Below, one piece after another: positions 40,598 to 50,499 of a DNA stretch of 64,000 nt (position 1 is the first letter of the stretch; every line of letters begins with the position of its first letter). This DNA is from Candidatus Daviesbacteria bacterium. GTDB taxonomy: Bacteria > Patescibacteriota > Microgenomatia > Daviesbacterales > UBA10151. Under the pieces are notes generated by a model. The model had not been told where the DNA came from, searched no databases, and was given only the letters and a program-made list of their open reading frames with translations. Where the stretch lies: positions 7,680 through 71,679 of the forward strand of contig JACOXD010000008.1 of the NCBI GenBank assembly GCA_016176465.1, given 5' to 3'. The position numbers and the translations under genes were made by a program.

Positions 40598-40918
40598 ATG
40601 GATGAAATAGTTTTTCCGGAATATGATGGAAGATCACTGCTTAATATACCTTCAACAATCTTTAAGCTTTTTGGTGTAACCCCACTAAAAAAGGCCCTTC
40701 CAAAGTATTATTATCAAAGCATAAGGGAGTGTGAAAAAATAGTTCTACTTTTGCTAGATAGATTTGGAGATAATGTTTTTATCAAACACTTATCTAAAAT
40801 ACCTTTTTTAAAAAAACTTAAGGACAGAGGAATTTATCATCTAGGTATGCATGGAGGTTTAAGTAAAGATGAGATGAAAATTCCATACATTACTGTTAAA
40901 ATTTCTGATCTAAAATAA
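40598..40918 (+). pseudogene. Internally deleted nucleotide pyrophosphatase/alkaline-phosphatase-family gene
   Basis: N-terminal PEY..SLLNIPSTI...LLLLD joined directly to C-terminal GMHGGLSKDEMKIP; 106 aa. Confidence 0.7.
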
Positions 40919-40920
40919 AG

Positions 40921-42057
40921 ATGAAAATTTTACTAACTGGTGCTCACTTTACTCCTGCCCAAGCAGTAATTGAAGAATTAAGTAGTTTCTCTGATGTAGA
41001 GATAGTTTATGTTGGAAGAAGTAAAACTCGTGAGGGCGATCAAGTAAGATCAGTTGAGTCAGTGGTGTTTCCACAAAAAGGAGTTAAATTTTACTCAATC
41101 ATTGCTGGTAGATTCCAAACAACAAATTCAGCCTATTTTTTCACTTCCACTCTTAAGATACCCATAGGTTTTATTCATGCTTTTTATATTCTTTTAAAAG
41201 AAAAGCCCGATATTATTTTATCCTTTGGAGGATACGTAGGATTACCAATGGTTATTGCTGGGTGGTTTTTATCCATTCCTATAATAATTCATGAGCAAAC
41301 TTTAGTTTCTGGTCTAGCAAACTCCATTAGTAGTTTATTTGCCAGTAAAATCGCACTTGCCTTTACCGAAACTGCTAAAAATTTTCCTGAAAAAAAGGTA
41401 GTAATTACTGGCAATCCTTTAAGAACTGAAATCTTAACTCCCTCTTTAAGTCCTCCAAAAGCTTTAAAGATTTTTTTTCAAAATGCAAAGATCGAAAACT
41501 TACCCATACTTTTAATAGTTGGAGGAAACCAAGGATCTCACTTATTAAATAAGACGATTGAGGAAATTTTAGATAAACTTTTAGGAAATTTCTATATTGT
41601 TCACCAAACAGGAGAGTCAAAGTTTAGGGATTTTGAAACTCTACTAGATATAAAATCTAAACTAAATTACTCTAAGAGATATTTTGTATCTAAATGGTTT
41701 GATGATAAAGTTTACTCCCATATTTTAAAAAATACTGATATAGCGCTATCTCGAGGAGGAATTAATACTTTATGTGAGTTTGCTTATTTTGGTATACCAA
41801 CACTTGTAGTTCCCATACCATTTCTTTATAAAAATGAGCAATTAAAAAATGCAGTGTTTTTTGCCAAATTTCACTTTGTAAAAATAATTGAACAAAAATT
41901 CCTGCACTCTTCAAAATTAATGCAGGAGCTATCTTTAATGAAAAAGAATTTAAATAAAATTAAAAAAGATGCAAAAGATGCAAAAAGATTCATCGCTAAA
42001 GATGGTGCAAAAAAATTAGCTTTGGAAGTTATGATTTTGTTGAAAAATAGTGTATAA
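40921..42057 (+). CDS. murG: MurG
   Basis: FGGYV, HEQ, TGNPLR, GGNQGS, SRGG, EQ. Confidence 0.92.
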   Translation: MKILLTGAHFTPAQAVIEELSSFSDVEIVYVGRSKTREGDQVRSVESVVFPQKGVKFYSIIAGRFQTTNSAYFFTSTLKIPIGFIHAFYILLKEKPDIILSFGGYVGLPMVIAGWFLSIPIIIHEQTLVSGLANSISSLFASKIALAFTETAKNFPEKKVVITGNPLRTEILTPSLSPPKALKIFFQNAKIENLPILLIVGGNQGSHLLNKTIEEILDKLLGNFYIVHQTGESKFRDFETLLDIKSKLNYSKRYFVSKWFDDKVYSHILKNTDIALSRGGINTLCEFAYFGIPTLVVPIPFLYKNEQLKNAVFFAKFHFVKIIEQKFLHSSKLMQELSLMKKNLNKIKKDAKDAKRFIAKDGAKKLALEVMILLKNSV

Positions 42058-42063
42058 CTTAAA

Positions 42064-42900
42064 ATGGCCGAGACATACAAAAAAAGAACCGAGTTTAGAA
42101 ATAAATCTTTTTTTAATAAAAAAACATTTATTTTAATAAGTTTAAGTATACTTTCCCTTTTTCTTTTTGTGCTGGGATATAAATTCTTAATTGTTAAAAA
42201 TATCAATATTTCCTCATCAAATACAAATTGTTTAAAACAAACTCAAATAAAAGGGGAAATTAACCTGATGGGAGTTAATTTGCTTTTAATAAATAAAAAT
42301 TCAATTTTAAATACTTTACAAAAAAAATATTTATGCATCAAAGATATTGAATTTAAAAAAAATTTCCCTAATAATTTGGCAATTCATATTAGTGGAAGAA
42401 TACCTGTTGCAATTTTAGAATTGTATCCTCCCAGGCAAAATAAAATTTACTTAAACGATTTAGAAGCAACCCCTTCATCTCAAGCGGCACTACTTAATTA
42501 CTCTTTCACTAATATTAATGGTAAAGATAAACTCTTAATAGATGAAGAGGGATATATTTTTGCAAAATTAGCAAACCAAAATCTACCCATTATCAAAACT
42601 GATGGTAATTTAAAATTAGGTCAAAAAGCGCCAATTGAAGTAATAAATGCTACTTCAATAATTCAAAAAATAAAATCAGAAAATTTAAATTTGAAAAACA
42701 TAAAGATAGTTGGTGGAAAAAATTTAATTATTGAGATGGAAGAAAAAATAATCTTTGATTTAAAAAAAGATTACGAGGCGCAACTAGCCTCTTTACAATT
42801 AATCTTGCAAAAAAGTAGAATTAATTTTAGGAAGATGGATATAGTTGATCTAAGATTTGAAAATCCAATCGTTACTTACTCCCCCATTAATAAAAAATGA
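42064..42900 (+). CDS. ftsQ: FtsQ/DivIB-like protein
   Basis: TM, POTRA-like FPN, C-terminal DLRF. Confidence 0.75.
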   Translation: MAETYKKRTEFRNKSFFNKKTFILISLSILSLFLFVLGYKFLIVKNINISSSNTNCLKQTQIKGEINLMGVNLLLINKNSILNTLQKKYLCIKDIEFKKNFPNNLAIHISGRIPVAILELYPPRQNKIYLNDLEATPSSQAALLNYSFTNINGKDKLLIDEEGYIFAKLANQNLPIIKTDGNLKLGQKAPIEVINATSIIQKIKSENLNLKNIKIVGGKNLIIEMEEKIIFDLKKDYEAQLASLQLILQKSRINFRKMDIVDLRFENPIVTYSPINKK

Positions 42901-44225
42901 AAGATAAAATAGTTTGCGGAATAGATGTTGGTTCATCAAAAATAGCAACTCTGATTGCCTCGGTTGGTGATGATGAGCGAATTAATCTAATTGGCGTATC
43001 TGCGACTAATTCCCGGGGGGTAAAAAAAGGACAAGTAGTTGATATTGAAGAAGCAGTTACTGCAATTACAGAAAGTGTTGAATCCTCAGAACGAATGGCT
43101 GGTTATTCCATTTCCTCCGCTTTTGTTTCTTTAGGTGGACCCCAAATTGAGAGTATTAACTCCCATGCGGTTGTAGCTGTTGCCCAGCCGGAAGGAGAAA
43201 TTAGAGAAAGTGATATTTTAAGAGTTAATGATGCTGCAAGGGCAATAGCGTTACCCTCATCAAGAGAAATCTTGCATGTAATTCCTCGTACCTTTACTGT
43301 TGACGGCCAAGAAGGAATTAGAGATCCTATTGGCATGACAGGGGTAAGACTAGAAACAGATACTCACATTATTACTGGTGCTACAACAGCTATGAGAAAT
43401 CTGGCAAAGTGTATTGGAATGGTCAGAGTTGAGGTAGAGGAGTTGGTTTTTTCAGGATTAGCCGCCGCTTCAGCAGTTTTAACAGAAACGGAAAAAGAAT
43501 TAGGTGTAATTTTAGTTGATATTGGTGGTGAGACTACTGATGTAGTAATTTTTGTTGATGGTGCAATTGCTTACTCCGCAGTAATTCCTTTGGGAGGAAG
43601 ACATATTACATCTGATATTGCTGTGGGTTTACGAATTTCCCTTGAGTCAGCCGAAAAAATTAAACAATATTTGGGAAAAACTCCGCGCGTACCAGTTATG
43701 CCAGAAATAGAAAAGTTGCAAAAAATTACTGATAAAGTGACCCCACTAAATGAACGAAGTTCCTCTTTGAGTAAAAAGAAAGAAGAAGATACTTTGGATA
43801 TTAAAGCTATTGGGATTAGTGATGATATTGAAAAAGTGTCTCAAAAAGCTGTTAAGGATGGAATAATTAAACCAAGATTGCAGGAAATATTTAAATATGT
43901 GGGTAAAGAGATAAAAAAGAGTGGATTTGGTGCCCAAATTCCATCGGGTTTAGTACTCTGTGGTGGAGGAGCGCTAACAATTGGGTTACTTGATCAAGCT
44001 AAATATGTATTAGGCTATCCTGCTAGAGTGGGGAAAATAGAAGGTTTTACTGGTTTAACTGATGAAATAGATTCTCCATCCTTTGCCACAGTTGCGGGAT
44101 TAGTTCTTTATGGAGCTAGGCAATCAATTGGTAGTGAGATTAATCTTCCAGTATTGGGTAAGGGTTTGCCTTTTAAAGCATTTACCCAAAAATTAACAGA
44201 TTTGGTTAAATCCTTTCTTCCTTAA
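42897..44225 (+). CDS. ftsA: FtsA
   Basis: GIDVGSSK, DIGGETT, GGRHIT, CGGG. Confidence 0.95.
   Translation: MKDKIVCGIDVGSSKIATLIASVGDDERINLIGVSATNSRGVKKGQVVDIEEAVTAITESVESSERMAGYSISSAFVSLGGPQIESINSHAVVAVAQPEGEIRESDILRVNDAARAIALPSSREILHVIPRTFTVDGQEGIRDPIGMTGVRLETDTHIITGATTAMRNLAKCIGMVRVEVEELVFSGLAAASAVLTETEKELGVILVDIGGETTDVVIFVDGAIAYSAVIPLGGRHITSDIAVGLRISLESAEKIKQYLGKTPRVPVMPEIEKLQKITDKVTPLNERSSSLSKKKEEDTLDIKAIGISDDIEKVSQKAVKDGIIKPRLQEIFKYVGKEIKKSGFGAQIPSGLVLCGGGALTIGLLDQAKYVLGYPARVGKIEGFTGLTDEIDSPSFATVAGLVLYGARQSIGSEINLPVLGKGLPFKAFTQKLTDLVKSFLP
43751..43774 (+). mobile_element. Double-hairpin mini-element (21 nt), in frame in ftsA
   Basis: TGA-ACGAAGTTC-CTCTTTGAG-TAA. Confidence 0.7.
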
Positions 44226-44295
44226 TTTTCCTTTACAAAAAATACTCGACAAAACGGAGTAATGTTGTTACAATCAGCCCAAAAGAAAGAGTATC

Positions 44296-45465
44296 ATGTT
44301 AATCAAACCTGATGTAGAGCGTTTTGCAAAGATTAAAGTTGTAGGTATTGGTGGTGCCGGCAATAATGCCTTAACTTCAATGATTAGTCTCCAACAAATC
44401 CAAGGTGTGGAATTTGTAGCAGTTAATACAGATGCCCAAGCCTTACTTGGCAATCAAGCTCCTACCAAAGTCCAAATTGGTGAGGCTTTGACTAAAGGCT
44501 TGGGAAGTGGAGGAAGTTGGGAGATTGGTCAAGCCGCAGCTGAAGAATCAGTCCAAAAAATAGAAGATGTAATGGGAGATGCAGATATGGTTTTTTTAAC
44601 AGCTGGAATGGGTGGGGGAACTGGGACAGGAGCAATACCCACAGCTGCAGGAGTTGCTAAACAGATGGGAGCTTTAACTGTGGCTGTTGTCACTAAACCT
44701 TTTATATTTGAGGGGAGTAGGAGAATGCAGGTTGCGGAAGAGGGGATTGAAAGATTGAAAGATAAAGTTGATGCATTAATTGTTATTCCAAATCAAAGGT
44801 TGCTTGAGGTTGTTGAAAAAAATATGAGCTTGCAAGATGCGTTTAAATTAGCAGATTCTGTTTTGGGTCAAGGAGTCCAGGGGATTTCAGATTTAATAAC
44901 TATGCCTGGTTTAATTAATGTAGATTTTGCAGATGTTAGAGCGATCATGAGTAGTGCTGGATCAGCTTTAATGGGAATTGGACAGGCAGGTGGAGAAAAT
45001 CGTGCTTCAACTGCAGCCAGAATGGCTGTTGCATCCCCATTACTTGAGGTTTCAATTGAGGGTGCTAAGGGAGTACTCTTTAACATTGTTGGAGGCCCTG
45101 ATCTTTCTATGAATGAAGTAAATGAGGCAGCCCAAATTATCTCTCAAGCTGCAGAGCCTGATGCAAACATAATTTTTGGAGCAACAATCAAAGAAGATTT
45201 GGTAGATATGGTCAAAATTTCAGTAATTGCCACAGGTTTTGATGAAACAAGAGGTAGATTAAGGGAATATGCAGGGATGGGCATTCCAACTCCTGTTAGT
45301 GCCTTTTCTCAAGTATCTAGTATGCAAAAAAGTGCAGCAGATGATACATCAACTACCACAACCACAACTTCCTCTCAGCCTGATGGTGCGGTTGAGGAGC
45401 CTGAAACAGAAAGACCTGAAGATGATGAGCTAGAAATCCCCGCATTTTTAAGACAAAATAGGTAA
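44296..45465 (+). CDS. ftsZ: FtsZ
   Basis: GMGGGTGTG, NVDFADV, EIPAFLR. Confidence 0.98.
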   Translation: MLIKPDVERFAKIKVVGIGGAGNNALTSMISLQQIQGVEFVAVNTDAQALLGNQAPTKVQIGEALTKGLGSGGSWEIGQAAAEESVQKIEDVMGDADMVFLTAGMGGGTGTGAIPTAAGVAKQMGALTVAVVTKPFIFEGSRRMQVAEEGIERLKDKVDALIVIPNQRLLEVVEKNMSLQDAFKLADSVLGQGVQGISDLITMPGLINVDFADVRAIMSSAGSALMGIGQAGGENRASTAARMAVASPLLEVSIEGAKGVLFNIVGGPDLSMNEVNEAAQIISQAAEPDANIIFGATIKEDLVDMVKISVIATGFDETRGRLREYAGMGIPTPVSAFSQVSSMQKSAADDTSTTTTTTSSQPDGAVEEPETERPEDDELEIPAFLRQNR

Positions 45466-45478
45466 AATAAAGTAATAT

Positions 45479-45898
45479 TTAAGGGGAGTAAGGGAATACT
45501 CGTCTTATTTCCTCAAAATGTTTGGGTCCAATATTTCGAATACTTGTTAATTCATTATCAGCTACATGCACTAAATCACTTATAGTCCGAATGGGTGGAA
45601 AGTTATTTTGAACTATACTTCTTGCAAGAGAAAGTGCCGGTTTAACTGAAAGGCCTTGTGCAAAAAACAATCCGCTAACAAACACTAATGCTTTGTTATA
45701 TCTATCGTGATCATAAGTAGGAGCATAAGTGTCATAATATATAGAAGGATCAAATAATGGTATTTCCCTTGGAGGTAATTCCATTAGTGGGTTATTAGAA
45801 TTAAATGATCTTTTAATTCTCGGTTTTTGGAGCTTCTTTCTTTGGCGAATGCTTTTGTAAAATTCTAGTCGCTGTACCCTAACAGACTTATTTTCCAT
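45479..45898 (-). CDS. ORFan with C-terminal RNA polymerase alpha-CTD-like domain
   Basis: IRTISDLVHVADNELTSIRNIGPKHFEEIRR. Confidence 0.6.
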   Translation of the reverse strand: MENKSVRVQRLEFYKSIRQRKKLQKPRIKRSFNSNNPLMELPPREIPLFDPSIYYDTYAPTYDHDRYNKALVFVSGLFFAQGLSVKPALSLARSIVQNNFPPIRTISDLVHVADNELTSIRNIGPKHFEEIRRVFPYSP

Positions 45899-45905
45899 AG
45901 CTTAT

Positions 45906-45934
45906 AGTATAATCAATATAGGTAGGGTTGTCAA
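45906..45934 (-). promoter_or_regulatory. Sigma70-type promoter, leaderless
   Basis: TTGACA-17-TATACT-7nt-ATG. Confidence 0.75.
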
Positions 45935-45981
45935 CAATGAAACTCATAGAGCAAACTTGACTCTCCAACTTAGCTGTTGAT

Positions 45982-46030
45982 TGAACCTACAATCCCGGAT
46001 TGTAAATTCATTTCCAAACCCGGATTGGAA
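45982..46030. repeat. REP-like family R1, reverse orientation
   Basis: Reverse complement resembles 35131..35182. Confidence 0.8.
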
Positions 46031-46200
46031 ATTAAAGTAAGATTTTTTCCATAAGGTGATACATTAACAAGCTAAGCATATAAGTGTATTCATAGTCATA
46101 GCTTTAATTTTCCTTTCAAAATAAGTGAGTTTAGCTTCCCACCTTTCAGGTGTACGCACGCTAAATTCTATCCTATAATTATTTGTAGTATAATTGCTGA

Positions 46201-46371
46201 ATGCTAGAGGTTGTTATTACAGATCCACAGGTTAACCCTGAATCTAGAACTAGGAGAGCGTTTTCCTATGGACCAGCAGGGGAATATCTTTTTTTTGGTT
46301 CGCAAAGGTGGTTTTACACTCAGCTAGTAATACTAAAACTGCTCCTTAACCTATTGGAAGAGGATTGGTAA
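46201..46371 (+). CDS. Small ORF or gene remnant, 56 aa
   Basis: TATAAT-6nt-ATG; MLEVVITDPQVNPESR... Confidence 0.3.
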   Translation: MLEVVITDPQVNPESRTRRAFSYGPAGEYLFFGSQRWFYTQLVILKLLLNLLEEDW

Positions 46372-46463
46372 TAAAGTTAAGCTATAGCACGAAACTGTCA
46401 TCTGAAATTTTTCTCTAATCATATTGTTGCAGTCAAACTATCAAGTTAGTTACAATACTAAGC

Positions 46464-49394
46464 ATGTTTAAGCCAGTTTCCTCTACTGTTGATTTTCCAG
46501 ATCTTGAGCGAGAGTGGCTAAAGATATGGTATAAGCAAAGCTTGCCTTCTGGCGAAGGTAAAGAGGGGATTGTGGAGAAATATTTACACAGGAATGATAA
46601 ATCTGATGAGCAAAGCTCCTCTTTTATGCAGAGTAAAAAATTCTCCTTTTTGGATGGACCAATTACTGCTAATGGTCCTATGGGAGTTCATCATGGATGG
46701 GGAAGGACTTATAAAGATTTATGGCAAAGATTCTATAACATGAGGGGTTTTAGACAAAGATTTCAAAATGGATTTGATGAACAAGGTTTGTGGGTCGAAG
46801 TAGAAGTAGAGAAAGAGCTAGGCTTAAAAAGTAAAAAAGATATTTTAAATCTAGTTCCTGGAGATGAAGTAGCTTCTTTAGAAAAATTTGTTAATTTATG
46901 CAAAGAAAGAGTAAAAAAATACTCGGGTATTCAGACCGAACAATCCAAACGCTTAGGTTATTTCATGGATTGGGATAACTCTTATCACACTTCATCAGAT
47001 GAAAATAACTATGCAATCTGGAATTTTTTAAAGGTTGTTAATGAGAAAGGTTGGTTATATAAGGGTCATGACAGCGTCCCTTGGTGTCCCCGCTGTGGAA
47101 CCGCAATTTCCCAGCATGAAATATTAACTGAAGATTATAAAGAGTTAGAACATGAATCTGTCTACTTAAAGCTACCTATTGTAGGCAAAGATAGTGAATA
47201 TTTAGTGGTTTGGACCACCACTCCTTGGACAATTCCGGCTAATGTGGCTGTGGCCGTTGATCCAGAAAAAACCTACCTGAAAATTAAATTGAATAATGAA
47301 TATATTTATCTAGTTGAAGCAAGAGCTAAAGCCATGGGCTATGAAAAAGGAGAAAAAGTATTAGGAAGCCAGTTAATTGGACTAAACTATGAAGCCCCTT
47401 TTGATGATTTAGACAGAGTTAAGAAAGCTCTGGGTGATTATAGACATCGCGTTTTTGAGACAGATCCACTAATTTTACCTATCAGTGAAGAAGAAGGCAC
47501 AGGTCTGGTTCATGTTGCTACAGGAGCTGGGACGGAAGACTTTAAGATAGGCAAAAAATTAGGTTTTCCAGTAATAGAAGCAATAGATGAATCTGCTTTC
47601 TATTTAGATGGAATGGGAAAATTTAGTGCACAGAATGCTAAATTACAGCCTGAGTTAATAATTAATTTCTTAAGAGAAAAAGATGGAGGTAAATTTTTAC
47701 TCAAAACAGAAGTTATTAAACATCGTTACCCCCGTTGTTGGAGATGTAAGACTGAACTGGTTTGGAGAGTAGTAGATGAATGGTATATAGGCATGGATAT
47801 AGAAGATAAGTCAAAAGTCAAAAGTCAAAAATCAAAAGGGAAAACTTATCGAGAAATGATGATAGAGATCGCAAAGAAAATAAACTGGATGCCCAGCTGG
47901 GGAATAGATCGGGAGCTTGACTGGCTTAAAAATATGCATGATTGGTTAATTTCTAAAAAAAGATTTTGGGGACTGACTCTTCCAATTTGGGAATGTAAAA
48001 ATTGTGGAAATTTTGAAGTAATTGGGGGCAAAGAAGAATTAAAAGAAAAAGCAATAACGGGTTGGGAAAGATTTGAAGGGCATTCTCCCCACCGTCCTTG
48101 GATTGATCAGGTGAAAATTAAATGTTTGAAGTGTAATGAACTGACATCCAGAGTTCCTGATGTTGGTAATCCCTGGTTGGATGCTGGCATTGTTCCATTT
48201 TCAACTATGCCTCCCGAGTGGTTCCCGGCTGATTTTGTAACAGAGGGATTCCCGGGACAGTTTAAAAATTGGTTTTATTCTTTAATTGCTATGAGTACTG
48301 CTTTGAAAAATACTAATCCTTTTGAAAATTTGCTCGGGTTTGCAAATGTAGTGGATGAGAAAGGGGAAGAGATGCATAAATCAAAGGGAAACGCCATTGA
48401 GTTTAATGAAGCGGCCGATAAAGCAGGGGTAGATGTAATGCGCTGGTTATATGTAACTGCCAACCCAGAAGAAAATCTGAAATTTGGTTATAACGTAATT
48501 GATGAAATTAGGAGAAGATTTTATTTAATACTTTGGAATGTCTATAAGTTTTTTGTAGATAAAGCCAACTTAGTCAATTGGAGCTGTGAAATTAAAAGAG
48601 GGGAATTAAAAGTTTTAGATAAATGGATTCTTGCAAGGTTAACAGAAGTAGTTATAAAGGTAAATCAATCATTAGAAAAATATGACTCTTCCAGCGCCTC
48701 AAGAACAATAGAGGAATATGTAATAAATGATTTATCCACTTGGTATGTTAGAAGGATAAGGGATAGAGTTGGTCCAAATGCAAGTGAGGAAGATAGAAAT
48801 ACTGTTTTATCCATTCTTTATGGAAATCTAGTCATATTATCAAAACTATTAGCTCCTTTCATGCCTTTTATTAGTGAGGAAATCTTTAAAAATTTAGTTG
48901 ATGAAGAGTCAGTTCATTTAAGTAATTACCCACAGGGAGATAAAAGTTTGCTCAACGATCAATTAATTGCTGAGATGAAAAATGTTAGGTTGATTGTTGA
49001 ACTGGGGCACGCCAAGAGAAAAGAAGCAAACATCAAGCTGCGCCAACCTTTGGCGAAAACAGCGTATACTGCAAATATTCCATTTGATAAAGAGCTGGAG
49101 CAAATTATCGCTGATGAATTAAATGTTAAAGAAGTTGAATACATTAAATCCTCATCTGGCATTTACAAACTAGATTTGGATACAAATATTACTCCAGAGC
49201 TAAAAAAAGAAGGGGAGGCTAGAGAACTCATCAGATCTATACAGCAGTTGCGCAAAGAAGGCAACCTTACATTGGCAGATAAGATTAAAGTACATTCTCC
49301 GGATTGGCCAAAGGAATTTGAAGAGCTTATTTTAAAATCCACTGCTGCAGAAAAAATTGAAAAATCAGATTCTTTAAGAATAGAAAAAATTTAA
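46464..49394 (+). CDS. ileS: Isoleucine-tRNA ligase type 2 with three in-frame insertions
   Basis: DGP, GVHH, WTTTPWT, GTGLVH, DWLIS, EMHKS. Confidence 0.95.
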   Translation: MFKPVSSTVDFPDLEREWLKIWYKQSLPSGEGKEGIVEKYLHRNDKSDEQSSSFMQSKKFSFLDGPITANGPMGVHHGWGRTYKDLWQRFYNMRGFRQRFQNGFDEQGLWVEVEVEKELGLKSKKDILNLVPGDEVASLEKFVNLCKERVKKYSGIQTEQSKRLGYFMDWDNSYHTSSDENNYAIWNFLKVVNEKGWLYKGHDSVPWCPRCGTAISQHEILTEDYKELEHESVYLKLPIVGKDSEYLVVWTTTPWTIPANVAVAVDPEKTYLKIKLNNEYIYLVEARAKAMGYEKGEKVLGSQLIGLNYEAPFDDLDRVKKALGDYRHRVFETDPLILPISEEEGTGLVHVATGAGTEDFKIGKKLGFPVIEAIDESAFYLDGMGKFSAQNAKLQPELIINFLREKDGGKFLLKTEVIKHRYPRCWRCKTELVWRVVDEWYIGMDIEDKSKVKSQKSKGKTYREMMIEIAKKINWMPSWGIDRELDWLKNMHDWLISKKRFWGLTLPIWECKNCGNFEVIGGKEELKEKAITGWERFEGHSPHRPWIDQVKIKCLKCNELTSRVPDVGNPWLDAGIVPFSTMPPEWFPADFVTEGFPGQFKNWFYSLIAMSTALKNTNPFENLLGFANVVDEKGEEMHKSKGNAIEFNEAADKAGVDVMRWLYVTANPEENLKFGYNVIDEIRRRFYLILWNVYKFFVDKANLVNWSCEIKRGELKVLDKWILARLTEVVIKVNQSLEKYDSSSASRTIEEYVINDLSTWYVRRIRDRVGPNASEEDRNTVLSILYGNLVILSKLLAPFMPFISEEIFKNLVDEESVHLSNYPQGDKSLLNDQLIAEMKNVRLIVELGHAKRKEANIKLRQPLAKTAYTANIPFDKELEQIIADELNVKEVEYIKSSSGIYKLDLDTNITPELKKEGEARELIRSIQQLRKEGNLTLADKIKVHSPDWPKEFEELILKSTAAEKIEKSDSLRIEKI
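46532..46561 (+). mobile_element. Double-hairpin mini-element (27 nt), in frame in ileS
   Basis: TAA-GCAAAGCTT-GCCTTCTGGCGAAGG-TAA. Confidence 0.8.
46607..46636 (+). mobile_element. Double-hairpin mini-element (27 nt), in frame in ileS
   Basis: TGA-GCAAAGCTC-CTCTTTTATGCAGAG-TAA. Confidence 0.8.
47808..47838 (+). repeat. Heptamer tandem repeat (TCAAAAG x4) in ileS
   Basis: Encodes KSKVKSQKSK. Confidence 0.8.
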
Positions 49395-49404
49395 TTTAAG
49401 CTTA

Positions 49405-50448
49405 ATGATAATTCCACTGGTCCTCCTGCTTATTCTTAGCATAGCGGTAATATATACATCTAGTGCGGTTTTAGCTATTCAACAAGGAATTTTTGCTCTG
49501 ATTGGAATCACATCTTATTTTTCGATTCGTTCGCTTGATTATAGATCTTTAAAACCTCTAATTATATATTTTTATGTAGTTGTTTTGGTGTTACTTCTTA
49601 TTACGCTACTTATTGGTATTGAAACCCGAGGTTCAACCAGGTGGATCAGCTTTGGACCAATTAACATGCAACCATCCGAATTTGCTAAAATCTCTTTAAT
49701 ACTCAGTTTAGCTTTATTTTGGTCATCTAATTTCCCAACTTGGAAAAATACTTGTAAGAGTCTGCTTATTACATTACCTTTTGCATTAATTGTTTTTATA
49801 CAGCCTGACTTAGGAACGGCTTTAACCATAATTTTTATTTGGTTAGTAACACTTTTTGCTGCAAATATAGATTGGCTAAAAATTGCTGTTATCTCATTGA
49901 TAGGATTTATTATTATTCCCCTAACTTGGATTTTCTTAAGAGATTACCAAAAACAAAGAATTTTAAGTTTTATTTTCCCAGCTCAAGATCCATTGGGAAG
50001 TGGCTATAATGTAATTCAGTCAACCATAGCTGTTGGATCAGGAATGTTTTGGGGTAAAGGAATTGGAGGGGGAACTCAGTCCCATTTACAATTTTTGCCT
50101 GAATTTAGAACTGATTTTATTTTTGCATTTATGGCTGAAGAATTAGGGTTTCTGGGTTCTTTAATTTTATTGGGTTTGTTTGCAGTCATTTTTTTCTTTT
50201 TGTTTAGAATGTTACAAAAATCCAAAGATAGATTTGGAGAACTAATTATTGTAGGAGTTTTAGGAATGATTCTTTTTCAATTTCTAATCAATATAGGTAT
50301 GAACATTGGGATTTTACCAATTACAGGGATCACCTTACCTTTGCTTTCCTATGGCGGAAGTTCGATTCTTACAACTATGATTGCATTAGGTTTGGTATCA
50401 TCGGTTGGAAAATTCGGAACCAAAAGTAAATCTTTTGATATGGATTGA
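49405..50448 (+). CDS. rodA: RodA (SEDS)
   Basis: QPSEFAK, QPDLGTA, DPLGSGY, TGITLP. Confidence 0.88.
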   Translation: MIIPLVLLLILSIAVIYTSSAVLAIQQGIFALIGITSYFSIRSLDYRSLKPLIIYFYVVVLVLLLITLLIGIETRGSTRWISFGPINMQPSEFAKISLILSLALFWSSNFPTWKNTCKSLLITLPFALIVFIQPDLGTALTIIFIWLVTLFAANIDWLKIAVISLIGFIIIPLTWIFLRDYQKQRILSFIFPAQDPLGSGYNVIQSTIAVGSGMFWGKGIGGGTQSHLQFLPEFRTDFIFAFMAEELGFLGSLILLGLFAVIFFFLFRMLQKSKDRFGELIIVGVLGMILFQFLINIGMNIGILPITGITLPLLSYGGSSILTTMIALGLVSSVGKFGTKSKSFDMD

Positions 50449-50499
50449 TACATTCGACATCGCTCAGTATCAACCTTGAGCGCTGCTCAAATAGGTTGA
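50445..50499. mobile_element. 51-nt double-hairpin insertion bounded by TTGA direct repeats
   Basis: TTGATAC/GTATCAA stem followed by CCT-TGAGC/GCTCA-AGG stem. Confidence 0.55.

Noticed and set aside
41964-41985. 9-nt tandem in murG (KDAKDAK), also 54674 (KVSKVS) and the FtsZ Thr run
   Set aside because: Ordinary slippage or low-complexity coding sequence
46222-46244. GATCCACAGGTTAACCCTGAATC resembling R2
   Set aside because: Lacks the palindromic core and lies in a small ORF
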